The position numbers were made by a program, and so were the translations under genes. 64,000 nucleotides of DNA from Octopus sinensis (Eukaryota): positions 13,578,001-13,642,000 of the forward strand of contig NC_043013.1 in assembly GCF_006345805.1 (NCBI RefSeq), written 5' to 3'. Every line of letters begins with the position of its first letter. Within the stretch, counting starts at the first letter, position 1. Positions 1 through 13,924 of this stretch are shown in pieces. The notes beneath the pieces were generated by a model. It was given only the letters and a program-made list of their open reading frames with translations, was not told where the DNA came from and ran no database searches.

Positions 1-280
1 CAAGAAGGAAAGCATTGGTATAAGGAAGGAGTTAGAGTCATCAAAAGACCGATAGAAAAGAATGTCAGTAGAATTCTCTGACGAAATTAGAGAGGAGGCG
101 AGGAACAAGACAAAAGTCACATCGGATTACAAAGGCGCAGTATGGCTATAGATAAGGAGTAATGAAGTGCATCATATTTTAGGGATACTAAACCACTAGG
201 AACCAGACGTGGCTTGAGATGCGTCATTGGGGAGGCTGGTTGGTGGAGCGTCAACCTGTAATATGCGGTTAAACAAATGA

Positions 281-740
281 GATGGCGGCGTGGATTTCCA
301 CCTCGGCATCCGAAACTCGGAGTTTTATCACGGCTACTGAATAATTGTCACATTATATTTACAGATAAATTCCACTATTTACATAATATCAAGGTCTCTT
401 TCATTCTTTTGCAGTCTTACCATTTTTATCAATATATATATATATATAGTAGAAATATGTTACAAAAATAAAATATAAAATACAAGTGGAAATGTAAAGT
501 TAAGATATGAAAAATCAACGAAAATGCACATGGCAAATAATAAAAGGCTATTTATGACAGGTAACGACAAATATATACATTTAGGTTGACTGAGGTAGTA
601 ATACGAGTCATAAAAGTCATTATTATGAGATAATTATAAGATGATAATAAAGTAAGAGATAAAAACGGACCATGGTTTACGCAAAGTCATTCATTGTTTG
701 AAAAAAATATATATATAATGTCAAACTGTACTCTTTCTTT
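281..740 (+). mobile_element. Probable PLE pseudo-LTR fragment starting inside a hammerhead (copy at ~9608-10090)
   Basis: GATGGCG...CGGCATCC-GAAA-CTCGGAGT-T resembles stem II, GAAA and stem III; absent from the unit 3 start, which diverges at 25091. Confidence 0.45.
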
Positions 741-800
741 TTGACTCGAACACCTTCAATTCTCTCTCTCTCTCACTCTCTCTTTATCTCTCTCTCTCTC

Positions 801-831
<31 letters not shown>

Positions 832-843
832 TTGTGTGTGTGT

Positions 844-1140
844 GGAGGCGCAATGGCCCAGTGGTTAGGGCAGTGGACTCGCGGTCGTAGGATCGCGGTT
901 TCGATTCCAGATCGGGCATTGTGAGTGTTTATTGAGCGAAAACACCTATAGCTCCACGAGATTCCAGCAGCGGGTGGTGGCGATCCCTGCTGTACTGTTT
1001 CGCCGCAACTTTCTTCTGTTGGCCTGCTCACTTAGCCAGCGGGGTGGCGTCATTTGAAGGCTAAATCAATGCGAAGCGCATTGTGACCAGCGATGTATAG
1101 CAACATTTGATAGCCTGGTCGGTCACATGATCACGTGATA
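844..1140 (+). mobile_element. tRNA-derived SINE
   Basis: A box TGGCCCAGTGG and B-box-like GTTTCGATTCC, non-tRNA body, flanked by microsatellites. Confidence 0.9.
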
Positions 1141-1494
1141 TATATATATATATCAATTCTAATTTACCCTAATTATACAAAAAAGTCAGTAGCTGGTTCA
1201 ACCATTGCGTAATATAATAGTTATCACTTCTAATATAGAAAACTTATTTTGCTCAATGATTATGTAAAATAGTAAACTAATCTATCACTACAAGAAATTG
1301 AACGCTGCTTCACATATGTGAAAAATAATAATCAACTGTACATTGGTATACTGGAAAATGTATTAAGATATTCATAAGCAAAATTTATAAGGTTACTGTT
1401 AATACAGAGTTTTTGATGAAATTCCAAAACACACATTGGTCATAATTTGTGCAAACAGAAGTAATAGAGAAATAAATGAAAAACATTAAATTAC

Positions 1495-1564
1495 TTGGGA
1501 TTCTTCGTCTCTATGACTGTCTTCTTCAGCCAATGATTCTAAATTCCTCTCAGAAGATAGTGAT
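1495..1564 (-). CDS. Internal exon B1 (phase 2 to 0) of unknown gene: SLSSERNLESLAEEDSHRDEESQ
   Basis: Acceptor ttcattttttgtAG, donor CAA|GTaatt, 70 nt open; identical paralog at 10845 and diverged in-frame paralog at 28927. Confidence 0.75.
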
Positions 1565-2575
1565 CTACAAAAAATGAACCAAGGAGAAAGTTTAAGATTA
1601 GTGAAAGTTGTTTGTCATATGGAGTGTAGTTAACATTCTGGACATTTGAACTTCATCTAAAAGTTAAGAAAAGGAGAAAAGTGATATTGTTGCATGGGTT
1701 GGGAGCAAGAAACAATGGAATATTATTGAAAGACTAATATAGGAGGTGATGAGAAGGATGACCAAGAGGGAGTTAAGGTCAGAATGCGTCAGAGGCTAGA
1801 GGAATGGTCAGGGTCTGGTGAACAAAGGTGGAGAGGAAAGCTAAGAGCATATGAGGAGAAGGTAGAAAGAGTCAGTGAGGAGTATGAATAAATTTATGGA
1901 GTAATATCTATGTGTATTTAGACCTGTTGTGAAATTAGGAATACATTTCAATAAGTAGCTTTGAACAATTTTATTTCAAAAGAGAGGTCAGCAAATCTTG
2001 ACGAAGTGCTCAGACAGTAAAACTCGTCAGTTTGATTTTTATTACAAGCTGCTGAAAATATAGTTCATAGACTTCATTTCACATCAAAAGGTACATTTAC
2101 GCATAAAGTCTGGGGTGTAAATACTCATGTAATTAATATCAAGTCATCAAATTTCTACTATTTTCAAATGGCATTTAATTGGTACAATTTTGATTGTGTT
2201 TTGATATATAGCCTTCTGCCATTTATCTCGGTTTTGAGGGATGTGTGGGTGTGTGAGATCTGATGAACTGTAAAAGACAGTAAATCTGCTTAATTTTATT
2301 CACATCTCTAGAAAAACCTCAAATTTCAACAATTACCATAAGGTATTTTGTTTGACCGTTTTATAATTCTGCTAATCCACTACATTTTCTTCAGATGTAT
2401 ATTAAGACACAAACAAACAGTAATATTAGAAGAGATAAACTGATAGGTTAAACATTTCTGAATTGACTGTATGTATTTGGTGGAGATACTTAGCGTTTAT
2501 GGGGCAAATTTCAAATCTACACTAAATACACGGTGGTAACACACTTTACATTGTTCTTAGTTTGCACGGATTTAC

Positions 2576-2626
2576 CTGAGCATCGCTTTTGTTGGAACCA
2601 AAATGTTTTCGCATTTCCCTTTATAT
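2576..2626 (-). CDS. Possible symmetric exon C1 (phase 2 to 2): YKGKCENILVPTKAML
   Basis: gtttcctgtAG ... CAG|GTaaat, 51 nt, phase fits between exons A and B; no convincing counterpart in the oldest unit. Confidence 0.35.
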
Positions 2627-3061
2627 CTACAGGAAACCCCTTTGTAGTTTCCGCTTCAATGTTTCCTTTTCCTTATCGTTATAACGTCATTTCATTTCTT
2701 CAATACAAAAGGTTCTGACTAATGCTTTAGTTGGAATTAATATCATATATTTATAAATATCTGATAAATATTTTCGAGACTAAATAATAATTTCAAATGT
2801 CCAGAAAATTGATTTTTTTAGAACTGAAGATATATTATCAAATCTAGTTCAAAATGGTTAAAGTCGTCAACAGAAACTATGAAAGAGTGAAGTATAAAAG
2901 AAAAAACAGAAACAAAGAAACAATCAGAGCCAGTAAAATTGCTGGATCTCTCGTAACTTTAAAACAAACATCACACCTACATGGTTACATTACATCAACA
3001 AAGGAAAATACATTACTTCAAATAGAATATAAAATCCAATATCACCATAATACCTATACCA

Positions 3062-3103
<42 letters not shown>

Positions 3104-3111
<8 letters not shown>

Positions 3112-3742
3112 ATATTTCGGAATGGTCATTTTGCCAGTTTAGCCAATAAAAACACACGCACTATATATTTGATGTTACTTTGCTTCAGTGTTATTTATTT
3201 ATTTACATTAAACTTACTTCACATAGAATATAAAATCCAATATCACCATAATACCTATACCAATATACATATAAATATATATATATATTGTTGTATTTCG
3301 GAATGGTCATTTTGACAGTTTAGCCAATAAAAACACACGCACTATATATTTGACGTTACTTTGCTTCAGTGTTATTTATTTATTTACATTAAACTTAATC
3401 TTATTTCGGTCAGAGTTCTTTCGTCACACTCCTGTGACCGCATCAGTGGTCCTTTGCTTTCTTCTTTCTTATTTGCGTGTCTCTCCTTACTAACCGTCAG
3501 CCATTTTGTTTTTCTATTGTATGTGTCTATGTGTATTCATTTGCGCATGCTTATATCTCTATGTGCGTCTATGTTTAGTTAGTGTGTGTGTGTGAATGCC
3601 TGTGATATTTGTATCTTCTGTTTATATGCGTTCGTGTAATTTGTTTTTGTTTATTCTTATTTTGTTCATGTGTTTACATCCACTTATTATTATTATCATT
3701 ACGTATGCTTGTATGTATGTATGTATGTATGTATAACAACAA

Positions 3743-3792
<50 letters not shown>

Positions 3793-4325
3793 ATAATAAT
3801 AATAATAATAGTAATAAAACATTTTAAAACATTTAAAAATTTTAAAAATAAAAACAATCTTATTAATTTTTAAAAAAATTATATAGTTGTTTATTTATAT
3901 TTGTTTATTTATCTGTGTATTTTATTTATTATGTTTTCGGCTTTGTTTATATTGTAACCAGTTTATGGGGATCCTCTACTGTCATATGCTGTGGTGTGTG
4001 CTAGTGTTCCATTCCAGTTTCCTATTCAGGCTAGGTTAATCTTCTATTATGTGTGTAGCTTCCGTAACTTGTCTGATTGTTGCATCTGTTCTATGCGTGG
4101 GCAAGATTTTAACTTCTATGTTGTTGATTGATCCCCCGTGTTCATGCTCGGCATGTTGGTGCAGAATCGATGAGCTTTTACCTTCCTTAAGTTCTCTCCA
4201 ATGTACATTTACCCGCTCTCCTATGCTTCGTGCCGTTTCCCCTAGGTATGTCGTTGTCTTGTTACTGCATCATCCCTCTATACATCTTATACTATAGGCT
4301 ACTATTATCTTAGCCTGAATATTTT
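3104..4325 (-). mobile_element. Penelope-like element 3' part: GIY-YIG endonuclease remnant plus pseudo-LTR
   Basis: Minus translation YLGETARSIGERVNVHW...HQHAEHEH...RQVTEA...LNRKLEW; degenerate hammerhead at 3408-3452. Confidence 0.85.
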
Positions 4326-4440
4326 AAGTTTTATGATTATTAATTTTTATCAATATTAATTATTTACTATTATTCATTTTCATTTTTATTAAATTTCATA
4401 TTTTAACATTTTTGTATACTTTCTTTTATGATTATCTTTT

Positions 4441-4630
4441 AGGCGGCGAACTGGCAGAATCGTTAGCGCGTCGCTTCGTTCGGAGTTCAAATTCCACCGA
4501 GTCGACTTTGCTTTTCATCCTTTTGAGGGTCGATAAATTAAGTACCAGTAAAAACACTGGAGTCGGTGTAACCGACTAGTCTCTTCCCCACAAACTCGAG
4601 ACCTTGTGCCTACAGTAGGAAGGATTATTA
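4441..4630 (+). mobile_element. SINE, second family (copies at 15521-15700 and 57535-57665)
   Basis: GGCGGCGAACTGGCAGAATCGTTAGC...GAGTTCAAATTCC head, GTCGACTTTGC...GATAAATTAAGTACCAG core, (ATT)n tail. Confidence 0.85.
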
Positions 4631-5635
4631 TCATCACCTTATTTTATTATTATTATTATTTTTCTTAAATAAAAATATTAATACACACACACAAATAACA
4701 AAGCATATTTCATCTACTTTGTTGGAGTATCTCAACCGATCAGCATGTAACTTCCTTTCGGCTTTCGAAACCGCAGCTCCAAATCACCGTACGATAACCT
4801 ATCACTAGACCAATGAAATTTTACCTCCGATCAGAACTGGACCCTCAAGAAAATAAACAGACTGACTCGGTAAGAGAATCAAACAACAGGAACGTTTCAT
4901 GACCATTCCCCACAGGCAAGACAACCAGGCAGAATGTCAAACTTGGTCTCCAGAAAGAATAAGAATAAGAATTATAACGAATTAAAAATTATATTCTTTC
5001 ACAGAAAAGATTATAGATACACTGATTCCAAAGCAGTCCGTTACAGGCGAAAAACCCTCTACGCGACGGTAAAAAGACTCACATACAGGATGAAAGAAAC
5101 TCTAACAAAATCCCTTTTGCTTACTCTCTTCTTTCTGTATCTGTTTCTCTCTTAACTCAGTATGATTGAACTTTTGGCGATCCACATCTTTTATATACTT
5201 CGCCCATCATTTTCTGATATTATTGAATTTTGTGAACATTTAATCATTTAAACATATTGATCCACATTTTTTACATTCTTAACCGATCATTTTCTGATAC
5301 TATTGAATTTTGCGAACATTTAATCATTTAAATATGTTTTCTACTTCGCAAACAAAACACGGCCTTGGGACCGAGGAGAGGAGGTAACGCTTAGAAAATG
5401 TCTTGAAGGATGGTGAACATAGCGACAGAAAATTTGCGACTGTTCAGCTACGGGACCAGTGTAAGAAGGAAAGAAAAGGGGATGCTAGCAGTTGGTCACG
5501 CGACAGCAGCAGGCAGAGGAGAAAGACTGCAGGGTGAGAGAACGACAGAGAAAAATAGGGAAGTGATGAAGGGAAAGAAGAAAGGCTGGGAATACAAGAG
5601 AGAGAAGGATTAAGTAGAAAGTCTATAATAAATAA

Positions 5636-5679
<44 letters not shown>

Positions 5680-6164
5680 GTATATGTATATATATTAAGT
5701 ATGTAAGTATGTTTTAAAATGTATGGGCTATTTACGGAGTGCTCATAGAGAGCCTACGCGAAAAAATACAGAGTAGAGAAAATTTAAAACGCAAGTCTTG
5801 GAAAGTCAAACAGATTCCCGAATGCATAAATGAGAAATTTCAATCGAAGTAGTTGGATCATATATATTTATACATATCAACATAAATCATGCATGTACAG
5901 GCGTGAAAATTCCCCAAGGTTATAAAGAATGAAATCAAACATACATCGAAATATAGAAGAAATATGAAAATTTATATAAAAATACTTATCAAATTACATA
6001 TAAATAAATTTACATGTAACGAGTTATACGTGATAAATATAGGAGGTGCAAAGTGGATGAGAGATTGGTACATTCTGTAAGGATCAGATATCGAGATGTG
6101 TAGGTATTTAGTGGGTCTTTCGATATGATGAAGAAAGTTTATCTGGAAATGTCTGTCTACTTAC

Positions 6165-6223
6165 ACATCATCAAAAAATATCGATGCCGAAGTCGGTTGA
6201 ATTTGTGTTTCTATTTTTTCAGG
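6165..6223 (-). CDS. Internal exon A1 (phase 0 to 2): PEKIETQIQPTSASIFFDD(V)
   Basis: Acceptor tttcctcttttctctAG, donor GT|GTAAGT; 59 nt; paralogs are 56 and 53 nt (3n differences). Confidence 0.8.
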
Positions 6224-7135
6224 CTAGAGAAAAGAGGAAAAACAACGTTAATTGTTGAAAGAAACGTTTGGGTTAGTATTTCTAGGTATAGAAAACAAGT
6301 TTTAAGTAAAATATATGTTTGAAGGAGGAGGTATATAAGTAACAGTAGTAAGCAAGAGGCAAAGAATAACCACATCTAAAAGTCTAACAACTACACACGG
6401 ATATAGACACAGAAAAATCCACTTACAGATAAAAGATAAACAGTTTTATTTTCAATTTAATTTTAGAGATTTCAACATGGTTAGCATCATTGAATTCAAA
6501 TGAAGGCCTGAAAACGTATTTACGACTATTTTACTTTTATGAAGTCCAGTATTTATGATATCAGTGCAGATCTTTTTAATATCTTACTAATTTAGGCATA
6601 ATTAAATAAAATCTTTAGGAAAATAATATCATCAGATGCAATATGAAACACAATTTATATATGTATACATGAATTATAAAGTTCACATCCTGAAATCACC
6701 AAAAGACTCCCAAGAGACTAAAATTCAAAGAAGAAAAACATTAAAGACATTAAATAGCTTTAAACGTTATAGAAAGTTTTTTTTAAAATTATGATGAACA
6801 TATAAATATCATTTAATGTAAGTTTATTTAAGCGTGTACATATTAATTCTACATTTTCCCAATTGAAAAAAATTTTATACAATATTTTATATGAAATTTG
6901 TACAACTTTTGCAAGGATTGTGCAGTCTAAACAGGAACTAACTTATCTTTCTCAATTCACCCATGATTGCAGGTGTCTTGCACAAATACTATTCACTTAT
7001 GAACCTTATCCGAACACTTCCTTGCTACACTAGGGTATTAGTTTTAGTGACAAGAACATCTATATTCCCAGAAGATCAACATAGGAATCAACAAAGCGAA
7101 CCTGACTGGAGTACAGCATATATATATATATATAT

Positions 7136-8264
7136 ATATTGGTTTGTCAAGAAAGCTCTAGTGGTGTTTAACCTTTAAATTCAGATACACATATCTCGGC
7201 TCAGACATCATCTTATTTTTTGAAGCATTTCTCACGGAAGTTGACGAAATGCTTGAAAAAGTGGTAGTCGGTAGGAGACAGGTCTAGTGAGTACGGCGGA
7301 TGAGGCAGAGTTTCGTAGCCAATTCATTCAACTTCTGCAGGGTCAGTTGTGCAACGTGCGGCCGAGCGTTGTGGTGGAGAAGAATTGGTCCTTTTCTATT
7401 GACCAATGCTGGCTATTGTTGTCGGAGTTTCTTATGCATTCCATCCATTTACTGACAGTACTTCTCCGCCGTAATGGTTTGGGATCCAAAAAGCTGTGAT
7501 GGATGAGACCGGCCGCAGACCACCAAACAGTCACTAAGACCTTCTTTTGGTGCAACTTTAGCTTCGGGAAGTACCTTAGAGCTTCGTCGTTGTCCAACCA
7601 CTGAGATGAGCGTCGCCGGTCGTCGTAAAGATTCCACTTTTCATCGCAAGTCACAATCCGGTCGAGAAATGTGTTGTTTTTGTTGCGTAAAAGAAGGGTA
7701 GACGACACTTCAAAACAGCGTTTTCTTTCTTTTTTGGTTGTCGTTCAATTCGTGCGGCACCCATTTCTCGAGTATTTTTGTTTTTCCAATCTCTTTCAAG
7801 TGGTTGGAAATTGTCGTTTACGTTACGTCTAATTCAGAAGCAAGCTCTTGAGCAGATGTGTGTGGATTGGTTTTCACTAAGGCTCTTAGTTGATCGTTGT
7901 CAACATCCGATCGCTGACCACTACGCTTATCATCTTCAAGACTCTCATCACCGCTACGAAATCTCTTGAACCACCATTGTGCTGTACGTTCATTAGTGGT
8001 TCCTGTGGAGCCAAACACATCGTTGCTATCGCGAGTTGTTTCAGCAGCTTTTCGGCCTAACTTGAACTGCAATAAGAAAATTATGCGAATTTGCTTTATG
8101 TTCATGTTGTATTCAACGTTCCAGAAAAAATGGCCTAATTATTAAAAAAAAAAAAAGAGTAACACGATTAGATAGAGCGAAAAACAAGCTTTAAAATGTT
8201 ATCTAAAGTCAAAGAAATTTACCGAAAACTAATTTGAAAATACATCATTTCCTGACAACCTAAC
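7136..8264 (-). mobile_element. Mariner transposon, frameshifted transposase
   Basis: FKLGRKAAET...WFKRFRSGDESLED, RIVTCDEKW, LHQKKVLVTVWWSAAG, YSLDLSPTDYHFF; imperfect TIRs; sits in (TA)n. Confidence 0.95.
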
Positions 8265-8313
<49 letters not shown>

Positions 8314-8329
8314 CACACACACACACGTA

Positions 8330-9010
8330 TATTACGTTCACTTTCCAAGTAGCACTGCAACACAATCCCGTTTTCTTTGCTGGACCAGTTCTCCTCCCTG
8401 CTCTATAATTTGCTGTTGCTGTATTAGGATAACAGCTGTGATCAATCTGCATCTTTATTGAACCAATGCCGAGCGAGAGGCTTTCTCTTAAGGACCCAAC
8501 CTCATTTTTTCTGTCACATCCACACTTTCTATGCGAACTGCTGTCGCATAAACTGAGTTAAGATTTCTTTCCCCACCATCGTCATCACCATTATTTTTCA
8601 ACAACTGATTGCTTCAAGTAACTTTCTGTTGGTTGGTTTTGCTATGGGTCATTCTTTACAGCGTTTACTTTTTCGCAGAACACCGCCCGTGGAATGTGTT
8701 GATGTTTCTTTCGTATTTATAATAATTCTTGATGTATAAACGAGAGTCCGTGAAGAAACAGTAATGCGCATTCTCTCCCCGTTTGGCAATTCTTTGCCCC
8801 TACATTTTACTCTTTTCTCCCGCTTCAAAGTAATCACCGAAAACTTCGAGATACGTATTTCCGTCACTATATCCTTGTTGCACATTTGCACAGTCTCAAA
8901 ACCAGCTTTCCTTTTCAGACTCTGCCGTTTGCGAAAAGTTTTAATCAGCCATAAAGAGGTGTTTGAGATGGGGTCCATTCTTTCTCAGCTTATAGTGCCC
9001 ATTGATTTTG
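8330..9010 (-). mobile_element. Old R4/Dong-like non-LTR RT fragments
   Basis: ETVQMCNKDIVTEIRISKFSVITLKREKRVKCRGKELPNGERM; paralog at 24300-24560. Confidence 0.7.
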
Positions 9011-9756
9011 CATAGCGCTACAGAAAGTTCAAACCAACATTCTACATGCTATTACTTATAGTTTAATCTAAAACTATTTTTCACTCATACACACACACAC
9101 ACACACACACTAGTTAGAATGTACTCTTGATGCGTAAAAAAATTAACGTATTCCTTCTTAAATATGGTAAATGTGATCAACCTAAGAGACAGAAAGTTGA
9201 AGCAGAAAGAAACCACAAGCTAGCAGCATATCTAAATATTCAGGAAATATTCAGTATGTGAACTAATAAGAGTTTGGGGAGTGAGATGGGGTGGGCACCC
9301 ACAGTGACTTAGTATTATAAATAATGACAAGAAGGAAAGCATTGGTATAAAGAAGGAGTTAGAGTCATCAAAAGACCGATAGAAAAGGATGTCAGTAGAA
9401 TTCTCTGACGAAATTAGAGAGGAGGCGAGGAACAAGACAAAAGTCACATCGGATTACAAAGGCGCAGTATGGCTATAGATAAGGAGTAATGAAGTGCATC
9501 ATATTTTAGGGATACTAAACCACTAGGGACCAGACGTGGCTTGAGATGCGTCATTGGGGAGGTTGGAAGGTGGAGAGGCAACCTATAATATGCGGTTAAA
9601 CAAATGAGATGGCGGCGTGGATTTCCACCTCGGCATCCGAAACTCGGAGTTTTATCACGGCTACTGAATAATTGTCACATTATATTTACAGATAAATTCC
9701 ACTATTTACATAATATCAAGGTCTCTTTCATTCTTTTGCAGTCTTACCATTTTTAT

Positions 9757-9816
<60 letters not shown>

Positions 9817-10150
9817 GAAATATGTTACAAAATAAAATATAAAATACAAGTGGAAATGTAAAGTTAAGATATGAAAAATCAACGAAAATGCACATGGCAA
9901 ATAATAAAAGGCTATTTATGACAGGTAACGACAAATATATACATTTAGATTGACTGAGGTAGTAATACGAGTCATAAAAGTCATTATTATGAGATAATTA
10001 TAAGATGATAATAAAGTAAGAGATAAAAACGGACCATGGTTTACGCAAAGCCATTCATTGTTTGAAAAAAATATATATATAATGTCAAACTGTACTCTTT
10101 CTTTTTGACTCGAACACCTTCAATTCTCTCTCTCTCTCACTCTCTCTTTA

Positions 10151-10193
<43 letters not shown>

Positions 10194-10194
<1 letters not shown>

Positions 10195-10490
10195 GAGGCG
10201 CAATGGCCCAGTGGTTAGGGCAGTGGACTCGCGGTCGTAGGATCGCGGTTTCGATTCCAGATCGGGCATTGTGAGTGTTTATTGAGCGAAAACACCTATA
10301 GCTCCACGAGATTCCAGCAGCGGGTGGTGGCGATCCCTGCTGTACTGTTTCGCCGCAACTTTCTTCTGTTGGCCTGCTCACTTAGCCAGCGGGGTGGCGT
10401 CATTTGAAGGCTAAATCAATGCGAAGCGCATTGTGACCAGCGATGTATAGCAACATTTGATAGCCTGGTCGGTCACATGATCACGTGATA
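10194..10490 (+). mobile_element. tRNA-derived SINE (duplicate of 844-1140)
   Basis: Identical sequence. Confidence 0.9.
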
Positions 10491-10844
10491 TATATATATA
10501 TATCAATTCTAATTTACCCTAATTATACAAAAAAGTCAGTAGCTGGTTCAACCATTGCGTAATATAATAGTTATCACTTCTAATATAGAAAACTTATTTT
10601 GCTCAATGATTATGTAAAATAGTAAACTAATCTATCACTACAAGAAATTGAACGCTGCTTCACATATGTGAAAAATAATAATCAACTGTACATTGGTATA
10701 CTGGAAAATGTATTAAGATATTCATAAGCAAAATTTATAAGGTTACTGTTAATACAGAGTTTTTGATGAAATTCCAAAACACACATTGGTCATAATTTGT
10801 GCAAACAGAAGTAATAGAGAAATAAATGAAAAACATTAAATTAC

Positions 10845-10914
10845 TTGGGATTCTTCGTCTCTATGACTGTCTTCTTCAGCCAATGATTCTAAATTCCTCT
10901 CAGAAGATAGTGAT
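10845..10914 (-). CDS. Internal exon B2 (phase 2 to 0): SLSSERNLESLAEEDSHRDEESQ
   Basis: Identical to B1 with the same splice sites. Confidence 0.75.
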
Positions 10915-11966
10915 CTACAAAAAATGAACCAAGGAGAAAGTTTAAGATTAGTGAAAGTTGTTTGTCATATGGAGTGTAGTTAACATTCTGGACATTTGAA
11001 CTTCATCTAAAAGTTAAGAAAAGGAGAAAAGTGATATTGTTGCATGGGTTGGGAGCAAGAAACAATGGAATATTATTGAAAGACTAATATAGGAGGTGAT
11101 GAGAAGGATGACCAAGAGGGAGTTAAGGTCAGAATGAGTCAGAATGAGGCTAGAGGAATGGTCAGGGTCTGGTGAACAAAGGTGGAGAGGAAAGCTAAGA
11201 GCATATGAGGAGAAGGTAGAAAGAGTCAGTGAGGAGTATGAATAAATTTATGGAGTAATATCTCTGTGTATTTAGACCTGTTGTGAAATTAGGAATACAT
11301 TTCAATAAGTAGCTTTGAACAATTTTATTTCAAAAGAGAGGTCAGCAAATCTTGACGAAGTGCTCAGACAGTAAAACTCGTCAGTTTGATTTTTATTACA
11401 AGCTGCTGAAAATATAGTTCATAGACTTCATTTCACGTCAAAATGTACATTTACGCATAAAGTCTGGGGTGTAAATACTCATGTAATTAATATCAAGTCA
11501 TCAAATTTCTATAATTTTAAATGGCATTTAATTGGTACAATTTTTATTGTGTTTTGATATATAGCCTTCTGCCATTTATCTCGGTTTTGTGGGATGTGTG
11601 GGTGTGTTAGATATGATGAACTGTAAAAGACAGTAAATCTGCTTAATTCAATTCACATCTCTAGAAAAACTTCTGCTTCAATGTATGATTTCTTACATAA
11701 AATAAAACCTCAAATTTCAACAATTACCATAAGGTATTTTGTTTGACCGTTTTATAATTCTGCTAATCCACTACATTTTCTTCAGATGTATATTAAGACA
11801 CAAACAAACAGTAACATTAGAAGAGATAAACTGATAGGTTAAACATTTCTGAATTGACTGTATGTATTTGGTAGAGATACTTAGCGTTTATGGGGCAAAT
11901 TTCAAAGTTATACTAAATACACGGTAGTAACACACTTTACATTGTTCTTAGTTTGCACGGATTTAC

Positions 11967-12017
11967 TTGAGCATCGCTTTTGTTGGAACCAAAATGTTTT
12001 CGCTTTTCCCTTTATAT
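11967..12017 (-). CDS. Possible exon C2: YKGKSENILVPTKAML
   Basis: attcctgtAG ... CAA|GTaaat, 51 nt. Confidence 0.3.
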
Positions 12018-12452
12018 CTACAGGAATCACCTTTGTAGTTTCCGATTCAATATTTCCTTTTCCTTATCGTTATAACGTCATTTCATTTCTTCAATACAAA
12101 AGGCTCTGACAAATGCCTAAGTTAGAATTAATATCATATATTTATAAATATCTGATACATATCTTCGAGACTAAATAATAATTTCAAATGTCCAGAAAAT
12201 TGATTTTTTTAGAACTGAAGATATATTATCAAATTTAGTTAAAAATGGTCAAAGTCGTCAACAGAAACTATGAAAGAGTGAAGTATAAAAGAAAAAACAG
12301 AAACAAAGAAACAATCAGAGCCACTAAAATTGCTGGATGACTTGTAACTTTAAAGCAAACATCACACCTACATGGTTACATTACATCAACAAAGGAAAAT
12401 ACTTTACTTCAAATAGAATATAAAATCCAATATCACCATAATACCTATACCA

Positions 12453-12494
<42 letters not shown>

Positions 12495-13920
12495 CGGGAA
12501 GCTTTATGAAAATAGACAAAAGACGAAGGCAGGTTTACGGAAATAAACAAAATACGAAGGCAGGTGGAATACAAACAAACAATTGTATTAGTATGGCGCT
12601 CAGGAAATATAAATAAAACAAGTCTTTAACGTTTCGAGCCTACGCTCTTCAACAGAAAGATACACAGAGAAGAAACACAGAAAGAAGGAGAGAAAAAAAA
12701 TGCGTGCAGAGGCTAGCGAATCAACATGGCGATCTGATTTCGGCCAGAAATAATATTGCTTATTTTTCTTTCGAAAATGATTTTTTACTCGATTGCTTGG
12801 AAGTGCTAAGGTGGAAACCGAGATGTATAACTTGGTATAAGAAGAGACAAAAATTGAAATAATCATTTCATATTTATGATTTACATCAACATAATAAATA
12901 CATAACTACATACACAGATATAACATATATTAAATTTAAGGTTAAAGGACGTTGAAACAAGGATTAATAGTTATAAGATACATCGACAGTAGTTAGAAAT
13001 CCTAATTATAGATTTAAAATTTTAGAAGAGTTCCGAAGAAATGATTTATAGAGGTTATTAACATCAATATGAAGCAATTCGACGGCCGTTTTGGGAGTCC
13101 ATTAGTCAGTAGGTATGAATCCTTTCGTTTCACACTGACATGTCCCCTTTACTAGGGATAAAAAAATAGATAATTAATCAAGTTTGAAGACATGTAAGAG
13201 AAAAGAAAAGAAAGGAAGGAAATTTCTGGTTACATTACGTTGGTCGTCGGCTACTCTATCAGATACTGACCACTTTTACGATGATTCACCCTTATATACA
13301 AAAGGAAACTTCTAGTGTAGGATGATGGGTGAAGTTTTAAAAACAATCGATTTTCCAATAAATTCCGAGAATAATCAATTACTAATAGCAGAAATAGCAG
13401 GACTGCCAAATACTTCATTCCTTGTATCTCGTCTTATAGAGTTCCGTGAAAGATGAGTGAAATCTATGGGTTCATGAATGAATGGTATAAGACAATTTAT
13501 TTAATATGCCCGAATTGCAATATTTTAGAATAATGTATGATTCTCTAATGCATAAAGTACATTTGTTACCTATAGCATTATAGGGGAGACCGTTTGCTAG
13601 TATATATGCTCTTATTCCTTAAATTATGTATATATGAGGGTAAAGTAGTAGAATTTTTATATTTAATGTTAGTAAATGAATTTAAATGCGTTCTATAACT
13701 TTTTTTTTAAATACAACAGTACTAACTATATATGTTCCAGTCTGATATTTATCTGATACCACTGTACATCCGTATACTACATTTTTATGGAGACAGAATC
13801 CTTCAAGTGGGCATAAATCGATTTTTCTACAACTAAATATTTTCCCTAATTTATTTTTGCTATTATCTATATATTTTGGAGGGGTGGATTTCCATTATTT
13901 AAGGCTACCTTAAAGAATTT
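12495..13920 (-). mobile_element. Degenerate Penelope-like element with pseudo-LTR
   Basis: Hammerhead-like TCTTT-CTGTTGA-A-GAGC-GTAG-GCTC-GAAA-CGTT-AAAGA at 12623-12660; RT remnant IDVNNLYKSF at ~13045-13075. Confidence 0.7.
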
Positions 13921-13924
13921 TAGT

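Larger units (their letters stand above)
1..9327. repeat. Tandem segmental duplication, unit 1
   Basis: Window start CAAGAAGGAAAGCATTGGTATAA recurs at 9328 and 24811; colinear with unit 2 apart from TE indels. Confidence 0.97.

Noticed and set aside
844-916. tRNA gene
   Set aside because: The tRNA-like head runs into a SINE body, and no clean acceptor stem was found.
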